This document shows positions 56,944-64,000 of a stretch of DNA of 64,000 nt, in pieces. The translations under genes and the position numbers were made by a program. The DNA lies in NCBI GenBank assembly GCA_963695545.1, contig OY968796.1, positions 2,112,001 through 2,176,000 of the forward strand. The letters are read 5' to 3'. Numbering within the stretch: the stretch's first letter is position 1; each line of letters opens with the position of its first letter. A model generated the notes under the pieces. The model saw only the letters and a list, made by a program, of their open reading frames with translations. It ran no database searches and had not been told where the DNA came from. Source of the stretch: Terriglobia bacterium. GTDB taxonomy: Bacteria > Acidobacteriota > Terriglobia > Acidiferrales > UBA7541.

Positions 56944-57965
56944 CAGGTCTGCACCTCGTGCAGTGCTTCGCCGGCGTAGATGCGCTTGATGAGTTCCTCG
57001 ATGGGCTCGTCTTCGATCAGCAGATCGCGGATTTCAACGGTGCCGAGTATTTGGCGGATCAGATCGGCCGTGGAAACGCGCGTGCGGTCGAAGGAAATCC
57101 GCCAGGTCAGTTCGTCGACGCGCTCGAGTTTCAGGCCTTCGCGCTCGATCGCCGCGAGTTGCGGCAATTGTTCTTTATCGCGCAGCGCGAATTTCACTTG
57201 CTTGGTGCGCAGAAGTTTTTGCTTCAGCAGCGCGAGCGGGCCGTCGTAGAGCAGCCGGCCGTGGTCGATGATCATGATGCGACGGCAGAGTTCTTCGATA
57301 TCGTCGAGATCGTGCGTGGTCAGCAGGACGGTAGTGCGATAGCGCTGATTGATGGCGCGGAGGAAATGGCGGATGTGATCCTTGGCTACGACGTCCAGAC
57401 CGATGGTCGGCTCATCGAGAAACAGCAGCGGCGGATTGTGGAGCAGCGCCGCGGCCAGATCGCAGCGCATGCGTTCGCCAAGCGAGAGTTTGCGAACGGG
57501 CGTGTTCAAATAATCGCGCAGGCCGAGAATTTGATCGAACGTTTCCATGCGCTCGTCGAAATCGCGCTGCGAAACATCGTAGATCCGGCGCAGCAGCTTC
57601 AAGGATTCGATCACCGCGATGTCCCACCAGAGCTGCGTGCGCTGGCCGAAGACCACGCCGATGGTGCGCACGTACGCGGTGCGCTCGCGCCAGGGCACGA
57701 AGCCATTCGAGACGAGCACGCCGGAAGAAGGCACCAGGATGCCGGTGAGCATTTTGATGGTGGTCGATTTTCCAGCGCCGTTCGGACCGATGTAACCCAC
57801 CATTTCGCCGGGTTCGATTTCAAATGAGATTTTGCTGACAGCTTCGACCGTGCGGTATTCGCGGCGGAACAAATTGACGATTCCGCCCCAGAGTCCTTCG
57901 CGGCGATGGAAGCTGCGAAAACTCTTGGTGAGGTCGCGGACCGTGATCAGCGGGGAATTGGGCAC
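56943..57965 (-). CDS. ABC transporter ATP-binding protein
   Basis: GPNGAGKS, LSLGE, LDEPT, TTH. Confidence 0.93.
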   Translation of the reverse strand: MPNSPLITVRDLTKSFRSFHRREGLWGGIVNLFRREYRTVEAVSKISFEIEPGEMVGYIGPNGAGKSTTIKMLTGILVPSSGVLVSNGFVPWRERTAYVRTIGVVFGQRTQLWWDIAVIESLKLLRRIYDVSQRDFDERMETFDQILGLRDYLNTPVRKLSLGERMRCDLAAALLHNPPLLFLDEPTIGLDVVAKDHIRHFLRAINQRYRTTVLLTTHDLDDIEELCRRIMIIDHGRLLYDGPLALLKQKLLRTKQVKFALRDKEQLPQLAAIEREGLKLERVDELTWRISFDRTRVSTADLIRQILGTVEIRDLLIEDEPIEELIKRIYAGEALHEVQT

Positions 57966-58017
57966 AGCAAAAGAATTTTAGCACGCGCCAGGTGCGGGAG
58001 AAGGCGACGCGGCTTTT

Positions 58018-59229
58018 CTAAGTCCTGAAGAGCACATCTTCGCGCTCAAAAAGTTTGACGGCCACGGACAAAGCGGCTGCGGCATAGACGCACGATGAAA
58101 TAAAAATCAGCGCGATGTAGTGCCAGTGATACGTGCCCATCAGAATTTCTTTGCTGACCAGGCTGGTGTTCAGGATGGGGATGAGGGCGAGACGCGCGTT
58201 CAAATCGACGCCGGGCAGCAGCGAAACGATTCCGGGCACCACCACGATGATCGTGAGCGGCTGGAGATAGCTTTGGGCCTCCTTATAACTCTTGGCGTAA
58301 AGCGCGATCGCGAGAAGCGCAGCGGAAAACAGAACCGCGAGCGGCAGCACCAGTGCGAATATCGCGACCACCGATTTCGGATTGATCGAAAGCGCAAAGT
58401 CATTCGCTTCCCCGGGGGACGCGAGACTCACCAGCAGGCTCTTGCCGATGCCGAACGAGATGCTCATCGAGAGCACCGCGAGAAGTGCGGTGGCGAGCGA
58501 TGCGGTGAGTACGGTGAGAAATTTTCCGAAGACCAGGTCCGTGCGGGAAACCGGGCTCGAGAGGATGGTTTCCATCGTCCCGCGCTCTTTTTCTCCGGCA
58601 GTGAGATCGATCGCTGGATAGATTGCGCCGGTCAGGCAGAGCAAAATCACGAAATACGGCACAATGCCGCCGACCAGCTCGCCGGTGGTCTTCTCCGGCG
58701 ACACCACATTTTGCTCGTCGACCTCGATGGGATGGATCAACGAAACGGGAAGTCGCTGGGCTTCAAGGCGCTCGCGGACGGTGCGGTCGCCAAGGTCGCG
58801 AAAGAATTTTTGCAGGTGACCGGCTGCGATGCCGGACTTCAGATCGTTCTTGTAATCGTACACCGTGACCGTCGCGGGAGTTCCTGCGGCAAGTGCAGCG
58901 TCGAAGCCCGGGGGAATTTCGACCGCGGCGCGAACGCGTTTGTCTTCGATTTGCTGCGCGTAATCCGCGCGCGCGGGAACGACCTGAATATACGGAAGTG
59001 CGCGAAGTTCCGCCGTGACATTCGGCGAATCGGCGCCGCCCAGAATCATCACCTTGGGCACTTCTTCCATCGCGTGGCCCACAATTTCGGCGGAAAGCCC
59101 ACCCATGCCAATGGTCAGCAACGGCATAAGCAAAATGGGGACGACAATCATGGAAATCAGAGCGCGACGATCGCGCAGAGTGTCTTTCATCTCCTTGCGG
59201 TAGATGATGCCGATGTCGTGGACTTTCAA
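58018..59229 (-). CDS. NatB-like ABC transporter permease
   Basis: KEMKDTLRDRR, AGEKERGTMETIL, AKSYKEAQSY; TTG start overlapping the upstream stop. Confidence 0.88.
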   Translation of the reverse strand: MKVHDIGIIYRKEMKDTLRDRRALISMIVVPILLMPLLTIGMGGLSAEIVGHAMEEVPKVMILGGADSPNVTAELRALPYIQVVPARADYAQQIEDKRVRAAVEIPPGFDAALAAGTPATVTVYDYKNDLKSGIAAGHLQKFFRDLGDRTVRERLEAQRLPVSLIHPIEVDEQNVVSPEKTTGELVGGIVPYFVILLCLTGAIYPAIDLTAGEKERGTMETILSSPVSRTDLVFGKFLTVLTASLATALLAVLSMSISFGIGKSLLVSLASPGEANDFALSINPKSVVAIFALVLPLAVLFSAALLAIALYAKSYKEAQSYLQPLTIIVVVPGIVSLLPGVDLNARLALIPILNTSLVSKEILMGTYHWHYIALIFISSCVYAAAALSVAVKLFEREDVLFRT

Positions 59230-59957
59230 GATTGCACCACGGCCATGAAAATATCTTCCAAATCCTGCCGGGCGTATCGCGCGCGCAAATCGGTGAGCGT
59301 GCCTTCGGCTAGCAGGCGCCCCTGGTGGATGATGCCGATGGTGTCGCAAAGTTTTTCGGCTTCGCTCATTACGTGCGTCGAGAACACCACGGTTTTTCCG
59401 CGCTCGCGGCATTCGCGGATGAAGCCGAGGATGGTGCGCGCGGCCATCACGTCGAGACCTCCCGTCGGCTCATCGAAAATCATCACTGGCGGGTCGTGCA
59501 CCAAAGTGCGCGCGATCGAGACTTTTTGTTTCATGCCCGTGGAAAGCGCATCGCAGCGCCGCTGGCGAAATTCATTCATGCCCAGCCGCTCGAAAAGCTC
59601 GTCGATGCGCCGCCGCAGCAGCGCTTCGTCCACGCCGTGCAGCCGGCCGAAGTATTGGACCATCTCTTCGGCGGTGAGCCGGGCGTATAGCGCCGTGGCG
59701 GTGGAAAGAAATCCAATGCTGCGTCTGACCTGCTCGCCTTGAGTTTCGGCGTCGAAGCCCGCGATGGTCGCGCGGCCTTCAGTCGGCGCAAGGATTGTCG
59801 CCAGCATACGCAGCGTGGTCGTTTTGCCCGCGCCATTGGCGCCAAGCAGCCCATAGATTTGCCCGGGGGCGCAGCGAAAATTAAGGTCCTGCACGGCGCG
59901 CAATTCGCCGCGCTCGGCGTCGTGGAAGCGCTTTCCCAGTTGATGCGTTTCGATCAT
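59226..59957 (-). CDS. NatA-like ABC transporter ATP-binding protein
   Basis: GANGAGKT, LSTGMKQK, FDEPT, STH. Confidence 0.92.
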   Translation of the reverse strand: MIETHQLGKRFHDAERGELRAVQDLNFRCAPGQIYGLLGANGAGKTTTLRMLATILAPTEGRATIAGFDAETQGEQVRRSIGFLSTATALYARLTAEEMVQYFGRLHGVDEALLRRRIDELFERLGMNEFRQRRCDALSTGMKQKVSIARTLVHDPPVMIFDEPTGGLDVMAARTILGFIRECRERGKTVVFSTHVMSEAEKLCDTIGIIHQGRLLAEGTLTDLRARYARQDLEDIFMAVVQS

Positions 59958-60098
59958 TTAAGCAATGTGGTCGGCGCAGTCGATTAGGGCAATGCGCTCC
60001 GCGCATGCCGGCGGCACAACGCGCCCCGCGCGATCGTTCCATTGAAGCACCGCGCTCGATGAGGATCGAGAGCCGGCTTGCGTCACCGCGCGTTCCGG

Positions 60099-60512
60099 TT
60101 ACTCCCCCAGGATCTTGATGACGATTTTCTTCGGCCGCAGTCCATCGAGCTCGGCAAACACGATGCTCTGCCACGGCCCGAGTTCGATTTTTCCGTCGGT
60201 CAGCGAGAGCACCACTTGGTTGCCCAGCAGCATGGCCTGCAAATGCACGCTGGCGTTGCTTTCGGTGCGCGTGGCGTGCTTGTAGTCGGCGCGAAAGGGC
60301 GCCACTTGCTGCAGCCAGCCTTCGAGGTCGGACTGCAAGCCGGGTTCGTCGTCGTTGACGAAGATCGCCGAATTCGAGTGCAGCGAGCTCACCAGCACTA
60401 TGCCGTCGCGCAGACCGCTTTTCTCGACCGCGAATTTCACGTTCGAGGTGATGGTTATGAATTCGCGTGCCTGCTTGGTGTTGACCGTCATGTAGTCGGT
60501 ATGAATCTTCAT
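60099..60512 (-). CDS. yjbQ: YjbQ family protein (secondary thiamine-phosphate synthase-like)
   Basis: HSNSAIFVND, NASVHL, LGPWQSIVFAELDG. Confidence 0.9.
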   Translation of the reverse strand: MKIHTDYMTVNTKQAREFITITSNVKFAVEKSGLRDGIVLVSSLHSNSAIFVNDDEPGLQSDLEGWLQQVAPFRADYKHATRTESNASVHLQAMLLGNQVVLSLTDGKIELGPWQSIVFAELDGLRPKKIVIKILGE

Positions 60513-60667
60513 AAGAGTAATCTCCTGACGGGTCGTCTCTTGCGATGCGCTCCGCGCAGATCATTTAGAACAATGCGTTCCGCGCAGTCCGGGCGCGGCG
60601 CCGCAAATTCTAGCGAAAAAGTGTGACGAATGAAAAGCGGAACCGGGAACCAGCAGCGATGCGCGCG

Positions 60668-60847
60668 TTATTCCTTGCGGCAGGTGGGGCAATGCTTCGC
60701 ATCGTAGTGTTCGGGCGTCACACAGAACACGTTGTTGCACTGGATGCAGATGCGATGCAGGGTCGCGCCCGCGGGCGCCGCATGCTCGGGCGCCTGTCCG
60801 GAGCCGTGTTCGGACGGCGATTGATTGGTCGTGGATTCCGGGCTCAT
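60668..60847 (-). CDS. Small zinc-ribbon protein (59 aa), absent from the ORF track
   Basis: MSPESTTNQ...RICIQCNNVFCVTPEHYDAKHCPTCRKE; TGCTAGAAT extended -10 six nt before ATG. Confidence 0.75.
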   Translation of the reverse strand: MSPESTTNQSPSEHGSGQAPEHAAPAGATLHRICIQCNNVFCVTPEHYDAKHCPTCRKE

Positions 60848-61166
60848 GCAGCGATTCTAGCACAACGATGCCGGTCGCCAAGGCGTCGCCGCGTTCCGCG
60901 GACGCCCCTCGAAATGTCCGCGGGCGGGACGCGACGAATTCTGTGCTGGCGGCATCTGCGCGCGCCGGTATAGCATCTGCCAAGATGGTGCCGGCGGAAG
61001 TCAGAAGCCTGCGGGGCGAGCCAGGGTCGGGCCGCTCGTCGGAAAATTTGCTAATATCTTGCGCTTCTGTTTGCTCCAGGCGGTGCGCTCCGCGCGGTTG
61101 TTCGCGGCGGCGCGTTCCGCGCGGATTTTCTAAGTAGTGGGCTCCGCGCAGGCCGGGCGCGAACAG

Positions 61167-62414
61167 ATGGGCGGAGGCACGCGCTTGACGCCGAAAAAGC
61201 GGCTCTGGCTGGTGGTGGGCTCGGCGGTCGCGCTGACGGTTTTGCTGTTGGTCTTGAATTGGCGCAGGCCGGCGCCGCGCGTCGCGGTGGTGCCGATCAC
61301 GCGCGAAACTCTGAGCACCTCGATTTCCAGCAACGGCAAAGTGGAGCCGATTTCGCCGCAATCGATCCGCGCGGAGATGGACACGTTTGTAACCAAGGTT
61401 TTTGCGACCGAAGGCCAGACCGTTCATCGCGGTCAATTGCTGCTGCAACTTGACGACACCGCCGAACGCGCCGCGCTAGATCAGGCGCGCGCTCAACTAG
61501 CCACCGAAGAGGATGCCTTGCGCGCGGCGCAAGCCGGCGGGCGCCCCGATCAGCGCGCCAAGTTCACCGGTGATGTGGCCTCCGCCGAGGCGCGTTTGAA
61601 CGCACTGCGCCAGCAAAACGCGGCGCTCACGAAACTTGTCGCGCAGCAGGCGGCCACGCCCGCGGAATTGTCTCAGAACCGCGCGGCCCTGGCCGCGGCC
61701 GAGGCCGACGCCCAGGAAGCCGAGAAGGCGCTCACCGAATATCGCAGCCAAGTTCAGCTTGATGCCCAGCAGGACGCGCTGCTCGTTGCGCACTCGCGCG
61801 ACGACGTGCGCGATCTCAGCGAAAAAGTGAACTCGGCGCACGCCGTCGCGCCGATCGACGGCACGCTCTATTCCTTGCCAGTCCATGCCGGAGATTTCGT
61901 GCACGTGGGTGATCTTTTAGCCGAGATGGCCGATCTCCATGAAGTGCGCGTGCGGGCGTTCATCGACGAGCCGGAACTCGGTGCGCTCGAAGAGAATCAA
62001 ACCGTCGAGATCACCTGGGACGCTCTGCCGGATCGCATCTGGACTGGGCACACGGAGATGGTACCCAAACAAGTGGTGCCGCACGGGACACGGAGCGTCG
62101 GCGAAACGCTGTGCTCGGTCGTGAATGACAAGCTCGAACTAATTCCCAACATCACCGTGGACGTGCGCGTTCTGCTGCGCGAAAGGCCCGACGTGCTGGT
62201 GGTGCCGCGCGGAGCCGTGGCCATCGACGGAAATCGCCGCTACGTTTTCGTGGTCGAAAACGATCGCTTGTACCGCCGCCAAATCACCGTCGGAATCGCG
62301 TCGCCGATGTCATACGAAGTTGTTTCTGGCCTGCAAGAGGGCGATCGGGTGGCTCTGCCCGGCGAGGTGAGTCTGAAGGACAAGATGAAAATTCGAGCCG
62401 TGACTCCCGAATGA
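61167..62414 (+). CDS. Efflux periplasmic adaptor (MacA-like membrane fusion protein)
   Basis: N-terminal TM, lipoyl halves EGQTVHRGQLL / APIDGT..GDFV, SGLQEGDRV. Confidence 0.92.
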   Translation: MGGGTRLTPKKRLWLVVGSAVALTVLLLVLNWRRPAPRVAVVPITRETLSTSISSNGKVEPISPQSIRAEMDTFVTKVFATEGQTVHRGQLLLQLDDTAERAALDQARAQLATEEDALRAAQAGGRPDQRAKFTGDVASAEARLNALRQQNAALTKLVAQQAATPAELSQNRAALAAAEADAQEAEKALTEYRSQVQLDAQQDALLVAHSRDDVRDLSEKVNSAHAVAPIDGTLYSLPVHAGDFVHVGDLLAEMADLHEVRVRAFIDEPELGALEENQTVEITWDALPDRIWTGHTEMVPKQVVPHGTRSVGETLCSVVNDKLELIPNITVDVRVLLRERPDVLVVPRGAVAIDGNRRYVFVVENDRLYRRQITVGIASPMSYEVVSGLQEGDRVALPGEVSLKDKMKIRAVTPE

Positions 62415-63409
62415 GCCGGCCGGTCGCGTGCGCAGCGTGTGCGCTGCTTTTCTGTTTCGCCCCCGCTCGTTCTGCTCGTGGCGCGCGCGCCGCGCAGACA
62501 AACTCCGTCGCGGACGCGCAGCGTTTATTCGATGCCGGCCAGTACAGTCAGGCCGCGGACATGTTGAGCGCGGTGGCGGCGAAATCGCCCGACGATTCCC
62601 AGGCGCTTTTGCTGCTGGGCCGCTGCTACTACGAGCTGGGCGATTTTCCGCGCGCGATTACCAGCCTCGAGCGCCGCGTGGAGCTCGCGCCCAAAGATTC
62701 CGAGAGCCACGATTGGCTGGGCCGCGCCTATGGCCGCAAGGCTGAGCAGACCATGATGTTCAGCGCTTATACCTTGGCGCGAAAGACGCGCCACGAATTC
62801 GAGACCGCCGTGCAGCTTGATCCATCAAACCTCGAAGCGCAGCGGGACCTGATTCGCTTCGATATGAACGCTCCCTCGCTGGTCGGCGGCGGCGACGATC
62901 GGGCGCTGCACGAAATCGACGACCTTGCGAAGATCGATCCGGTGGAAAGCGATCTGGCGCGCGCGGAATTCTACTCGACCAAAAAGCAATTCGACCAGGC
63001 TGACCAGCTTTATCAGAAAATTTTGACCGCGCCGAAAAGCGTCGGCGTTTGCCTGGAAGCCGCGGACTTCTATCGCGATCGCGGCGACGCCGCGCACATG
63101 GCTGCGGCCGTTGCCGCCGCCGTCAAAATCGATCCGAGCGACCGGCGCCTGGCTTATTATCGCGGAGTTGCCGATGTCATGTCCGGTCAGCGCCCCGCCG
63201 AGGCCGAGCAGCTCTTGCGCGCCTACCTCAGCTCGACGCCCGAAAATTCCGATATGCCCTCGCACGCCTCCGCGCTCGAATGGCTCGGCACGCTTTACGA
63301 GAAGGAAGGGCGAAATTCCGAAGCCGCGCAGGAATACAAGGCATGTCTCGATCTTGACCCGCGGAATCGCGCCGCGCGCGACGGTCTGCGCCGCGTGGCC
63401 AAAGAGTAG
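62411..63409 (+). CDS. Exported TPR-repeat protein
   Basis: Signal peptide; TPR-like helices (LLGRCYYELGDF, WLGRAYG, WLGTLY). Confidence 0.85.
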   Translation: MSRPVACAACALLFCFAPARSARGARAAQTNSVADAQRLFDAGQYSQAADMLSAVAAKSPDDSQALLLLGRCYYELGDFPRAITSLERRVELAPKDSESHDWLGRAYGRKAEQTMMFSAYTLARKTRHEFETAVQLDPSNLEAQRDLIRFDMNAPSLVGGGDDRALHEIDDLAKIDPVESDLARAEFYSTKKQFDQADQLYQKILTAPKSVGVCLEAADFYRDRGDAAHMAAAVAAAVKIDPSDRRLAYYRGVADVMSGQRPAEAEQLLRAYLSSTPENSDMPSHASALEWLGTLYEKEGRNSEAAQEYKACLDLDPRNRAARDGLRRVAKE

Positions 63410-63507
63410 TCGCCAAGCGCGTCCGTGGCCCGACGGCCGCTGATCGTTTTTGTTCGCGCGCCGGCGCATGCGCCCGCGCTGAGCGGGCTGGAGCTTGAAC
63501 AAACTCC

Positions 63508-64000
63508 GTGAGACTGACGAGCCAAACCTGGACGATCGCTCTCGAGGCTCTGCGAGCCAATAGGCTGCGCGCTTTCCTCACGATGCTCGGCGTGATCATC
63601 GGCAGCGCCTGCATTGTGCTGGTTTTCACCATCGCTCTCACCGGGCGGCAATACGTCATCGCGCAAATCGAAGGTGTCGGCTCGAATCTGGTCTACGCGC
63701 AACTCGAGCTCAACTCCGATCATCCTTCCGAGCTGAGCGACCAGCTCACCGTCGACGACATGGACGCGGCGAAATTATCCATCGCCGGCGCCGCGGCCGT
63801 GGCCGGCACGCGCGGCATTCAGGAAAACGTGTTGGCCGGCGACGAAGAGCGCTCGGTGAGCCTGGTCGGCGTCACCGAAGGCTTTCAGACCATTCGCAAT
63901 CTTCTCGTCCTGCAGGGCCGCTTTTTCGACACCGAGGATTCCACTTCTCGCAGCAAAGTCTGCCTGATCACTCACGACCTCGCGACGAAAGTTTTCCCCA
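63508..64000 (+). CDS. MacB-like ABC transporter permease (3'-truncated by the window edge)
   Basis: GTG start; ALEALRANRLRAFLTMLGVIIG, IEGVGSNL, QGRFF. Confidence 0.88.
   Translation, partial: MRLTSQTWTIALEALRANRLRAFLTMLGVIIGSACIVLVFTIALTGRQYVIAQIEGVGSNLVYAQLELNSDHPSELSDQLTVDDMDAAKLSIAGAAAVAGTRGIQENVLAGDEERSVSLVGVTEGFQTIRNLLVLQGRFFDTEDSTSRSKVCLITHDLATKVFP

Overview
A GC-rich bacterial chromosomal window. The gene repertoire (VWA protein paired with an Oar-like TonB receptor, VirB10-like exported proteins, PKD-OmpA protein, several sigma-54 systems) points to Acidobacteriota, which is an inference. About 50 CDS can be supported; I found no rRNA, intact tRNA, CRISPR array, transposase or integrase. 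The most striking locus is 1-10.8 kb. It encodes a NuoE-NuoF fusion, a NuoG-N-terminal/2x cNMP-binding/4x[4Fe-4S] fusion protein, a His-rich membrane protein and a membrane-anchored decaheme cytochrome, flanked by a pentaheme cytochrome and a multiheme LVIVD-repeat protein. There is no hydrogenase or formate-dehydrogenase catalytic subunit in the window, so this is a candidate cyclic-nucleotide-controlled transmembrane NAD(H)-to-cytochrome electron conduit. The second highlight is two copies (20.5-20.8 kb and 33.5-33.8 kb) of an AT-richer intergenic element with the same layout: sigma-70 promoter, ATG 5 nt after the -10 box, short internal repeats and a shared 3' AAAAACA..CCGGGGGT motif. Other points are imperfect direct repeats bracketing small gene cassettes, a sigma-54 circuit with TTCC-N7-GGAA sites, several probably leaderless genes, unannotated small proteins, a HisKA-only phosphorelay protein and a tarD-dctA pair. 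All calls come from motif reading by eye; no searches were run.
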